Shown here: piece by piece, positions 43,047 to 51,860 of the stretch
Layout of the letters: every line of letters starts with the position of its first letter
Numbering within the stretch: the stretch's first letter is position 1
Source: an uncultured virus (IMG/VR IMGVR_UViG_3300021511_000004)
Taxonomy: Duplodnaviria; Heunggongvirae; Uroviricota; Caudoviricetes
DNA length: 64,000 bases
IMG/VR virus record: IMGVR_UViG_3300021511_000004
Direction: 5' to 3' (one strand)
The notes under the pieces: model-generated
What the model saw: the letters and a program-made list of their open reading frames with translations, nothing else
Databases searched by the model: none
Told to the model about the DNA's origin: nothing
Translations under genes and position numbers: made by a program

Positions 43047-43586
43047 TTATTTACTATTAACTGACATAATTATAACACGCCTGTTTTCCCGATTGGTCAT
43101 ATTGGGAAGTAGTTGTGATTTACCAAAACCTTCGACACTCATGATACGATCAACTGTTACACCTTCTTCGGCCAAATAATTTTCCACCGCATCGGCACGA
43201 TCTTCAGATAGCATTTGATTATATTCATCTGAACCATATTTATCGGTATGCCCCTTCAATATTAGAAGTATATCGGGATTCTCTGCCATTTGAATTGCAA
43301 CTTTTTGTAGAATTAATTTTGCTTCAGTATCAAGTTCAAATGAGTCAAAATCAAAAAGAACTATTTCCCTGATTGTAAAATCAATGTACTCAGGCATTTC
43401 TCTGGAAGCTGATACCGCTTGAGTTTCTTCAGCAACTGCCATTGTCTTTACATCATATTGACCGGCGCATGAACTGAATGTTAAAGCTAATACTGCTACT
43501 ACGACAAATGATAATAATTGTTTCATGCTAATTCCTTCATTGTTAATGTTTTGGTAGCGACAACAGGACTCGAACCTGTACGCCAA
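43047..43586 (-). CDS. OmpA/Pal-family lipoprotein (likely start 43526)
   Basis: Lipobox FSSC, LFDFDS, GHTD..YNQMLSEDRA, NRRV. Confidence 0.9.
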   Translation of the reverse strand: MAYRFESCCRYQNINNEGISMKQLLSFVVVAVLALTFSSCAGQYDVKTMAVAEETQAVSASREMPEYIDFTIREIVLFDFDSFELDTEAKLILQKVAIQMAENPDILLILKGHTDKYGSDEYNQMLSEDRADAVENYLAEEGVTVDRIMSVEGFGKSQLLPNMTNRENRRVIIMSVNSK

Positions 43587-43636
43587 ATGGCACTGGGGCT
43601 TGAGGCCAGCGTGTCTACCAGTTCCACCATGTCGCC
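43552..43636 (-). tRNA. tRNA-Leu(CAA)
   Basis: Class II cloverleaf. Confidence 0.9.
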
Positions 43637-43641
43637 ATGTT

Positions 43642-43730
43642 TGGTGACCCGAGAGAGAATCGAACTCTCACGCCCACTAAGGAGCCAGAGATTTTAAGTC
43701 TCTGATGTCTACCAGTTCCAACACCGGGCC
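43642..43730 (-). tRNA. tRNA-Leu(UAA)
   Basis: Class II cloverleaf. Confidence 0.93.
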
Positions 43731-43736
43731 AAATTA

Positions 43737-43815
43737 TGGAAGCCCCTCCAGGATTCGAACCTGGGAAAATGACGGGTCCAAGGCCCGCCGTGTTGAACCG
43801 CTTCACCAAGGGGCT
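43737..43815 (-). tRNA. tRNA-Gln(UUG)
   Basis: Cloverleaf; C33. Confidence 0.88.
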
Positions 43816-44033
43816 ACAATTTTACTTTCTAAAAATACATATAGCTGTTGATTTTCCAGTTTCTTCATTTGGCTGGAAAGTTATGTCAGTAAGGATCCAG
43901 TCAGCTATCCCCTCCGCATCAAGAAGAGCTTTGGTTGCAACATCATTTTGAAAATCCTCAATTGTTACAATTTTATACTCAATTGCCATGAAATCATCCT
44001 CCTATGATAAAAATAATCCAAAATTCATTTTTA

Positions 44034-44111
44034 TGGTACCCCCGGCAGGATTCGAACCTGCGGCACAGAGCTTAGAAGGCTCTTGCTCTAATTCCCCTGA
44101 GCTACGGAGGC
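44034..44111 (-). tRNA. tRNA-Arg(UCU)
   Basis: Canonical cloverleaf. Confidence 0.95.
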
Positions 44112-44693
44112 ATAAGTTATATATGTGTTACTACAAATAAAACATTTACAGTAATAAAAAGACATACAAACAATACGTTTGGAATCTTAGCTGTATTTCC
44201 TGTAAAAATTTCCTTTTTACTGTTTTAAACATTACCTCATATACAAGTTGCTCCAACATATTATCTTTTAACAATTTTTCTTTTAACTTATTGGATATAT
44301 TTGCTTCGTTTATGCGAACTTTAAGTCTTTCAGAATCGAAAGGTATTTTGGCATTAATACCAAGTATAGTTATATCACATTCTATCATAAATGTAAGATG
44401 ATCTAAAAAACCATTTGTCATCTCCATTGCGCTGTAATCTATTTTTATTTTCAGCGTTACCTTCCTTTCATCTTTGCGTAAATCGTTTATTATCAATCCA
44501 TATAATTAGATTTTCAGGTTGTTGATACAACATAACATTGAATCCTTTATCTAATATAAAATCAATAATTTCGTTTCGCTTCTCTTTGGTATATTCAAAG
44601 CTAGAATTATGTTTTATTCCAACATATTCTTCAATACTTCTTGACCAATATACAACAAGTATTTTCTTCATATTTTCACCTATAATTAGGGGG

Positions 44694-44781
44694 TGGAGCC
44701 GGTAGAGGGATTCGAACCCCCGCGTGACAAAGTCATCCTGCTTACAAGGCAGGTGCTCTCGGCCAGCTGAGCGATACCGGC
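44694..44781 (-). tRNA. tRNA-Thr(UGU) with long variable arm
   Basis: GCC acceptor; V-arm TGAC-TTT-GTCA. Confidence 0.9.
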
Positions 44782-45254
44782 ATTATTTATGATACTTCTT
44801 TTCGACTACATCTTCAGTAACTTGATTTAATAGTAATCTACATACCTTGAATCTATGTTGAGGATTCCATTCAGAAATTTTATCAAGGATTTTAACAGCA
44901 TCTCTCTTAACAAATGAACCATGTATTCCAGTTTTTGCCAACAATTACCAGAAGCAGTAAATGGTCGAAATATATTCTTAAAACGTTTATCAAAATGTCT
45001 TCGGACAACATCCTTTAAATAAAATTGCTCACAACTTCCAGAACCACCCCAACCTCTTTCTATTTCATCTTTATAAAGATGCTTAATAATATAGATTTTA
45101 AAGTTTCCATCTTTCCATGGATGTCCCATCATATATACTCCAGACTAACTTTTGGAACGGGAGGATGTATAATTGTTACCTTTGATTTGGCAATCATATT
45201 TCTTGAAAGTATATCTCCAATAACGTCGCCCACGTATTCCAAATCATTTTAAAA

Positions 45255-45338
45255 TGGTACCCAAGGGGAGACTCGAACTCCCACGTCCGAAAACCTGGAT
45301 CCTAAATCCAGTGACTATACCAATTCGTCTACTCGGGC
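45255..45338 (-). tRNA. tRNA-Leu(UAG)
   Basis: Class II cloverleaf. Confidence 0.93.
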
Positions 45339-45947
45339 AAGATTATATTTCTTAATAACTTTTTTTGCCTTTGTCCAATTTGTACCACCAGGAATAACAT
45401 TAAGTTTTTTAAGAGCCTGATTTATATTTAATTCATGCTCAATAAGAGAATTTTTTAAATCATTTTCTGAAATAACTTCTTTGTTACCTCTACAATAAGT
45501 TTTTGTTTGACTATGGCAGTTTGGACAAAGTAATCTGCTATTACTTCTAGAATTATTACTACGATCGCCATTTATATGATCATAATGGAAATTTAAAGGA
45601 GCGCCGTTCCATATATTTTTACAGCGGCATATATCACATTTATACTCCTGCTCTTTTAGTATAATTCTTTTTCGTTCAGCAAATGGTTTTTGATTAAATG
45701 GTAATTTATCATACTGTTTTTTTAATCTCTTTCTTAGACTTAATGTACATTTTCTAACACCTTTAATTTTATCTTGTCGAGGTATGATAATTTTTCGTAA
45801 TCCAGAAGAATAAACTTTTCTCAATGCATTTGAGTTTTTCTTTTTTAAACATGAACATTGACAAGCAAATTGTGAACAACACCACTTATCTACACTTTTA
45901 AAATAATATTTTGCTTCTTGCCCACAACCATAATTGCAAATGTTCAT
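45315..45947 (-). CDS. HNH endonuclease overlapping tRNA-Leu
   Basis: CNYGCG module; DHINGDRSNN..LLCPNCHSQT. Confidence 0.88.
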   Translation of the reverse strand: MNICNYGCGQEAKYYFKSVDKWCCSQFACQCSCLKKKNSNALRKVYSSGLRKIIIPRQDKIKGVRKCTLSLRKRLKKQYDKLPFNQKPFAERKRIILKEQEYKCDICRCKNIWNGAPLNFHYDHINGDRSNNSRSNSRLLCPNCHSQTKTYCRGNKEVISENDLKNSLIEHELNINQALKKLNVIPGGTNWTKAKKVIKKYNLARVDELV

Positions 45948-46460
45948 ATATTTCTCCTAGTTTTACCATTTTAATCGTTTACTATAAACCAATCAGTCCA
46001 ATGTTGTTGTTCACAGTTATGAACATGAGGACGAAACTGCTTATGACAACTGCCGCATATAATTGCTGTTCCTACTGATGGAGTTGTTCCATCTATATTT
46101 ATAACATTAGCAGCTTCTATTGCATCTCCTCGATTTAACTTTCTTCTAAAATAGAAGGCAACTTCTCCACATTCCTTATGTACTACTCGTATCATTCATT
46201 TCTGAACCAAGGAGTTCAGCAATTTTTGTAACCGTAAACTCAGACTTTTTGATTTCATCATTTGAGTCATGGATTTTTACATTAATATCTCTTCTTTCTT
46301 CTTCAAGAGCGGAGATATTGTTTCGTTGATCGCCTATGTACATAGACAGGTCACTTTCAATTTTCTTTAATGGAGCTACGATAATTTCATAATTCTTTTC
46401 TTTGTTAAAAATACTAATCATGTTTCAATTCCTTTCGCAGTTAAGTTTAATTCTTGAAGT

Positions 46461-46540
46461 TGGTCGGGATGAGAGGATTCGAACCTCCGACTCCGTGATC
46501 CCAGGTCACGTACTCTAATACCAGACTGAGCTACACCCCG
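46461..46540 (-). tRNA. tRNA-Pro(UGG)
   Basis: CGG acceptor; C33. Confidence 0.92.
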
Positions 46541-46564
46541 ACATATTACATTTCAATTATGTTC

Positions 46565-47488
46565 TTAGTTATATACCGACTTTAAGTAAGAAACGAACCC
46601 TTCATCTTCACACATACCTTTACCAGGCGAGTTAGAAACTTTAGCAACTGGTTGGCCATTACACCTGGTCATTTTTATAACTATATTTAGAGCTGCTTGT
46701 GCCCAATCATTAGTGAGAAATGTTCCGATGCCAAATGGTGTTTTAATAAGATTGTGCAACTGACTATGGATGTGTAAAGCCTTTTCAAAGGTTAATCCAT
46801 TGCTAAATACAATGGTCTTTGTTTTTGGGTCAATATGCTTTGCAAGATAGAAGTTAACTATACGGTGACCAAAACGTACGGGATCAGGTTCTGAGTCCTC
46901 TCTGACGCCATCGAATAATTTATATAGAAGAGGATCATCAAAATCTTTTAAGAAAGCATCTGTGTTTATAATATCGGATAGTGCGATTCCTAGATCACCT
47001 CTATACACTTTAATCCAATTTTCAAAAGCCATTTTCTGACTGTCAGCTAATCTATACCCTAATTGCTGATGAGCTTGAAGCCAGCTATGATCCATAGTTC
47101 CAATCGCTGTTAAATCATACTTCATAGCCATTAATAAATTACTAGTACCAATAAAATTTTTGGGGGTATGTTTCTTACAGAATTGAACTACTTGTTTATG
47201 CCATTCATAGCTCCTTCTTCTTCTTGTCCCAAAATCTCCATAATAAAAATCATCAGGCAAACCGTTTGTTTTTTCCAGCAAACGAGCTTTTGCATCCATT
47301 ATTGTATTCTCATAAGTATCTCCAATGGTTTGACTAATAGTTGAAAGACATGGAATATCAAGCAAAGTGGTATGGAACCATGGTCCTCTAATAATTAAAT
47401 CAAGTTCCCCCGTCCGAGAACACTCGGGCCAAACCCCATATGGCTCCCACCAAATAAAAATGAATAAATGTAGCTTCTTATACTTCAT
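46565..47488 (-). CDS. pncB: Nicotinate phosphoribosyltransferase, apparently N-terminally truncated
   Basis: DFGTRRR, GTSN, GTMDHSW, GVREDS, FGIGT, LNIVIKM, PVAKVS. Confidence 0.85.
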   Translation of the reverse strand: MKYKKLHLFIFIWWEPYGVWPECSRTGELDLIIRGPWFHTTLLDIPCLSTISQTIGDTYENTIMDAKARLLEKTNGLPDDFYYGDFGTRRRRSYEWHKQVVQFCKKHTPKNFIGTSNLLMAMKYDLTAIGTMDHSWLQAHQQLGYRLADSQKMAFENWIKVYRGDLGIALSDIINTDAFLKDFDDPLLYKLFDGVREDSEPDPVRFGHRIVNFYLAKHIDPKTKTIVFSNGLTFEKALHIHSQLHNLIKTPFGIGTFLTNDWAQAALNIVIKMTRCNGQPVAKVSNSPGKGMCEDEGFVSYLKSVYN

Positions 47489-47490
47489 AA

Positions 47491-47504
47491 ATTAATATAT
47501 ATAG
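47491..47504 (-). promoter_or_regulatory. Conserved 14-mer CTATATATATTAAT at the head of the tRNA block
   Basis: Exact repeat of the motif at a divergent junction. Confidence 0.6.
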
Positions 47505-47598
47505 AATAAAATTATTTAATTAAGAACAAAATTAAAATCAAAATCTTACTGGTTGCTAAAAAATTTGTCAGTAACAAAAAATAAAAAGGAGATTTTAA

Positions 47599-48078
47599 AT
47601 GGCAATAAAAGATACTATTGTAGTAGCACCTCATCCTGATGATGAAATTATAGGATGTTATGAAGTATTAATGAATAAAGATATAAAACCAATTATTATA
47701 TACTCGGGTGATATAGATGCAGATAGGAGAGAAGCAGTATTGAAGTTAAAAGAACATGTTGATTGTAAACTTCAATTATTTCAAATGACAGTTCCACAAA
47801 CATTTTTAAGCCCAGATAATGTTTTCTATATGCCAGACCCAATTTATGAAATACATCCAAAGCATAGAGAATGGGGATTTTTAGGAGAAAATCTAGCACG
47901 AAATGGATTTAATGTTAAATTTTATAATACAAACATGATTGCTCCATATATTCATGAGTGTAAAGATCCAGAAAAAAAGAGGGATTTATTAAATAAAGTA
48001 TACCCAGATCAGAAATCGCTTTGGGAATATGAACATAAATATTTTCTCTTTGAAGGTTACTGTAAATGGATATTTTAA
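47599..48078 (+). CDS. PIG-L family deacetylase
   Basis: VAPHPDDEIIG, EIHPKH, YPDQ. Confidence 0.8.
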   Translation: MAIKDTIVVAPHPDDEIIGCYEVLMNKDIKPIIIYSGDIDADRREAVLKLKEHVDCKLQLFQMTVPQTFLSPDNVFYMPDPIYEIHPKHREWGFLGENLARNGFNVKFYNTNMIAPYIHECKDPEKKRDLLNKVYPDQKSLWEYEHKYFLFEGYCKWIF

Positions 48079-48290
48079 TATTAAGTATTGTATCGCTTAT
48101 AACAACGCTGATAGGATTATACTTGCTTGGTGAAAAGAAAGCATCAGGTTTTTTAATATTCACCATTAGTTTAGTATGTCAAATGTATATTTTTTATATG
48201 AATAAGAATTTATTTTTATTTTTTCAAATGATGATTCTTATTATATTTAATATTTGGAATTATTGTAAATGGACTAGGGAGGATTTATGA
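48066..48290 (+). CDS. Small membrane protein (PnuC-like half)
   Basis: Three hydrophobic helices; near pncB. Confidence 0.4.
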   Translation: MDILILSIVSLITTLIGLYLLGEKKASGFLIFTISLVCQMYIFYMNKNLFLFFQMMILIIFNIWNYCKWTREDL

Positions 48291-49034
48291 AGATTATAAA
48301 AATTGATGAAGAATTACCAGGAAATGGTTATTGCACATTACACTGTGAATTTTCTCAAGAAGAAGTCAATATTTTTATTGAGTATGCTATTAATGATATA
48401 TTGAAAAAACAAATTGAGAAAATGGAACAACTCGGTAAAAGGAGATGTTTTGATTGTGGTGAAGAAATTGATAGTAAAACTATTGAGGAGTTTCCGGATA
48501 CTGAAATATGTATAGAATGTATGGAAGAAAAAATGTTTGAATTTCCAGCGGATACACCTTAAAAGGAGAAGAAAATGGGAATGTTGAAAGTAGGATTATG
48601 TTTATTAGACGAGAAAGATATAGACCAGTAAAAGAAAACTGGACTGTTAATATTACCAGAGATTTAAATAATATATATGTAACAGACGAAATTTCTAAGA
48701 TACTAACTGAAAGTTTTAAACTTGAACTTGAACCGAAAACTATAAAAGAAATGTTAGTGGAGGTAAAAGAAAAATGGGCGAACTAGGAAAAAAGATAACA
48801 GTAAAAGAAACTGAAACAAAACGATTTAAATTTGCATTATGTATTTTAGATGAGGATGATAACATAGTTAAGATGCATGGGATAAATACTAAATGGACTG
48901 CTGTTAGTGAAGGATTTTTGGGAGAAAAGTTTAATGTTGATATACATGATGAAATCGCAAATATTATATCAAATGAATTGAAAAAAGATTTAACTCCAGA
49001 AGTTATTAAGGAGTTACTGAAAGGGTTAACTTAA

Positions 49035-49973
49035 ATGAAGAGGATTATTTTTGTACCTCAATATCCCACACCAAATCGCTATCAAGAATGGTGGGCAACT
49101 AAATTTCCAGAAGAATTTATAAAAGCGGGGTTCAATGTTCATGTTCTTGGAGGTAATAAAATATATGAAATGAAACATAGAAGGGGAGATTTATCAATGT
49201 TTTCTCCTATTCACGCTGCCATTGAATTTGAGTGTTATCAGATAGATGAATATATGAATATGGAATTACGAGATGATGATATTCTATTTGTAGCTGATAT
49301 TAGTTTTCCGGGTTTCTTTTGTAATACTTTATTTCATAAACGAACGGATAAGATGTTTGCATTTTGTCATGCTACAAGTTTAAATTATAAAGATTATTTT
49401 GAAGAAGTTAGAAATGTAAAATATCCAGTTGAGACATCACATGCAGCTATGTTTAATAAAGTCTTTGTAGGAAGTAAATATCATCAAGATAAACTTGGGT
49501 GGTATAATACAGTTGTAACATACTTACCATTTCCCCCTCTTCTTTCACAAAAAAATATTAAAAAATATGAAATAATATCTGCTTCAAGACCGTCCCCTCA
49601 GAAAGTTAATTTAAATTTAGAGAAGGATGTTGAAGCAAAATTTTCAGAGATTATAAGAAAAGATACACGAAGCTGGGACGAATATTTTAAATTTTTTAGT
49701 GAGTCTGTAGTTCTTTTGATTTCATCACATGAAGATACATTCGGTTATCAAATTGTAGATGCAATTATGAATGGATGTATTCCGATTGCTCCAAATAAAT
49801 GTGCTTATCCAGAATTGTTATCAAGAGAGTATCTATATAATGATAAAGAAGAACTATTCAAAATAATTAATGATGCTTTGTGGGGTTTATTAGATGTACC
49901 GAAGTTGAAATGTAAGAATCAAATGAATGATTTTTATGATAGAATAATAGAGGAGATAAGAAATGCCATTTAG
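49035..49973 (+). CDS. GT-B glycosyltransferase
   Basis: EDTFGYQIVDAIMNGCIPIAP..AYPEL. Confidence 0.8.
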   Translation: MKRIIFVPQYPTPNRYQEWWATKFPEEFIKAGFNVHVLGGNKIYEMKHRRGDLSMFSPIHAAIEFECYQIDEYMNMELRDDDILFVADISFPGFFCNTLFHKRTDKMFAFCHATSLNYKDYFEEVRNVKYPVETSHAAMFNKVFVGSKYHQDKLGWYNTVVTYLPFPPLLSQKNIKKYEIISASRPSPQKVNLNLEKDVEAKFSEIIRKDTRSWDEYFKFFSESVVLLISSHEDTFGYQIVDAIMNGCIPIAPNKCAYPELLSREYLYNDKEELFKIINDALWGLLDVPKLKCKNQMNDFYDRIIEEIRNAI

Positions 49974-50478
49974 AACTTTCAATAGCTGGCTCTTTGATAG
50001 GAATGAAACATCTCCTATCCCGCCACCAAAAAATGGAGTAGATATTCTTAAATATAATTCACCGATTACAAACACTTTTGTTCTCTCTTTATTCATGAGA
50101 AATGGTCATCTTAATCATTATTTAAATGAATATTTTAACAATATGGGATTAAGATATTTATCCAGAGAAGAGCTTTTTAAGTTTATCAAAAAATGTGTCC
50201 TTGATTTTAGAGTGAGAAGAAGAGATACAGTTTTTTATAAATTCAGAAGGCAGGACAAATTATATAATATTTTAAGAGATAAGTTGCCGCAATTTAAAAA
50301 TAATGATATAACATTATTATGCGAATTGGTCGAAAAATCAGATGATAAAGAAGCAATATATAATTCATTAGGTCTTGAAACTCCAAAGAAAAAGAAATTA
50401 AAAACTGGCAAAAAAAGAGTTAAAAAAGGCAAAGTTTCATTAAAAGAATTTTTAGCAGAGCACTTCTCTGTGATATAA
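49963..50478 (+). CDS. Hypothetical protein
   Basis: ORF coupled to the upstream glycosyltransferase. Confidence 0.6.
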   Translation: MPFRTFNSWLFDRNETSPIPPPKNGVDILKYNSPITNTFVLSLFMRNGHLNHYLNEYFNNMGLRYLSREELFKFIKKCVLDFRVRRRDTVFYKFRRQDKLYNILRDKLPQFKNNDITLLCELVEKSDDKEAIYNSLGLETPKKKKLKTGKKRVKKGKVSLKEFLAEHFSVI

Positions 50479-50494
50479 GAAGTGCTCTACTAAA
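50450..50494. terminator. Bidirectional terminator
   Basis: TTTAGcAGAGCACTTCT...AGAAGTGCTCTaCTAAA between convergent genes. Confidence 0.7.
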
Positions 50495-50497
50495 AAA

Positions 50498-51229
50498 TTA
50501 TTCTTCGCCTGAAAATGGAGTATTATCTGGCTGTGGAGTATCAGCAATACTTTCTTTGATTTTCTCAGCTAAGTTTGCTGATAGAACTGGATTGTTGGGC
50601 CGGTATTCCTTTTTCTTTTTTTGTGGTTTCGCTTTTTTTGGAATGTTAGAAGTGAATCCAAGTTGTTCACAATGTTTACAAGGAGTCGTTGATTTGATTT
50701 CGTGATCCGGAACGACTTTTGGTATTTTTCCTTTACCACGACATTCAACACATTTTATATAAACTTCTCCTTCACCACCACATGTTTGACAGGTGACATT
50801 GATACCACCTCCACCTTTCCATCTTTTTTGAAATCTACCTGTACCTTTACATTTTCTGCACTTGACTTTAATTTTCTTTTTTCCAGCGCAGATATGGCAG
50901 TTGACTTTTACAGTCTTGCGTTTAAATTTATAAATTTCGCCTGTACCTCTACAAGCAATACAGGTGTTCTCAAATGGCGAGATAATTTCAAAATATCTCT
51001 GTGCTTTCATTTGAGACGATACCAGAAGTTGTATCAATTGATTTTTTGCCTCAATAAAAGGGTCGATTTCATCTAATTCGCCATTTTCTTTTTTAACCCA
51101 ATAGTTTGCCTCAAAACATTTTAAGATATGTTCTGGAGTATAATCAGCGCCAACTCCCAATAATTTTTCAAATTCAAATATAGTTTCGTCGGGTTGGTCT
51201 TGAGTGACAACTTCCTGTTCAATGGGCAT
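50498..51229 (-). CDS. Protein with multiple DnaJ-type CxxCxGxG repeats
   Basis: Six CxxC(xGxG) repeats, no J domain. Confidence 0.75.
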   Translation of the reverse strand: MPIEQEVVTQDQPDETIFEFEKLLGVGADYTPEHILKCFEANYWVKKENGELDEIDPFIEAKNQLIQLLVSSQMKAQRYFEIISPFENTCIACRGTGEIYKFKRKTVKVNCHICAGKKKIKVKCRKCKGTGRFQKRWKGGGGINVTCQTCGGEGEVYIKCVECRGKGKIPKVVPDHEIKSTTPCKHCEQLGFTSNIPKKAKPQKKKKEYRPNNPVLSANLAEKIKESIADTPQPDNTPFSGEE

Positions 51230-51446
51230 AAAAACTCCTTTCTATATGAAGTAACTCATTAATAAAAATGGTGTGGAAGGCACAGGGTCATGGCCGTCAC
51301 CACCGGGCTCTCCTGTGCCTTTTTTAAATTGTTGTCATGTTGTATGTCAATCCATTCTTAGGCACCTCCGGACCTTAATCGGGGTTAAAAAATTATTATT
51401 GCTAATGTAAATGGATAGATAATAAACTGTCTATCTCTTTTCAATA

Positions 51447-51460
51447 ATTAATATATATAG
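51447..51460 (-). promoter_or_regulatory. Conserved 14-mer CTATATATATTAAT
   Basis: Exact repeat of the motif at a divergent junction. Confidence 0.6.
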
Positions 51461-51503
51461 ATGCCAGTTATTAAAATAGGAACAAAATGAAAAGGAAAAA
51501 CAT

Positions 51504-51848
51504 ATGAATTTACAGGAATATGAAGTCATTTGCAATAAGTGTGATGGCGAAGGAGCTATCCATTCTGATGATCCACAGGGGGCGAGTGTTACATGCCCAA
51601 AATGTGACGGCGAAGGAAAAGTAGACTGGGTATCTAATGCTATGGAAGGTGTATTATCTTTCAATAAATTACATGGAACTTTTACTTCAATTAATCCATG
51701 TGCTGATATAAACTTTCAAGTTGAGGGTAAAGAACTGTTGAGAATTACAAAAGATGCATTTTATATAAAAGGAAGGAAGGTTGTGAATGATGATAAAATA
51801 TATAATGCGTTTGTTGATTTTTTTAAACAGACCGGAACTTATATCTAA
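51504..51848 (+). CDS. DnaJ-type Zn-finger family protein
   Basis: CNKCDGEG...CPKCDGEGKVDWV. Confidence 0.7.
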   Translation: MNLQEYEVICNKCDGEGAIHSDDPQGASVTCPKCDGEGKVDWVSNAMEGVLSFNKLHGTFTSINPCADINFQVEGKELLRITKDAFYIKGRKVVNDDKIYNAFVDFFKQTGTYI

Positions 51849-51860
51849 GGAGGAAAATAT

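Noticed and set aside
19892..43951. Short plus-strand ORFs and ORFs lying over tRNAs (e.g. 19892, 29527, 31787, 35497, 40788, 43615, 43736)
   Set aside because: Shadows of minus-strand genes or RNA genes, with no SD or recognisable motifs
18852..45947. Group I introns within the tRNAs next to HNH genes
   Set aside because: Each downstream tRNA is complete and contiguous; no group I core recognised
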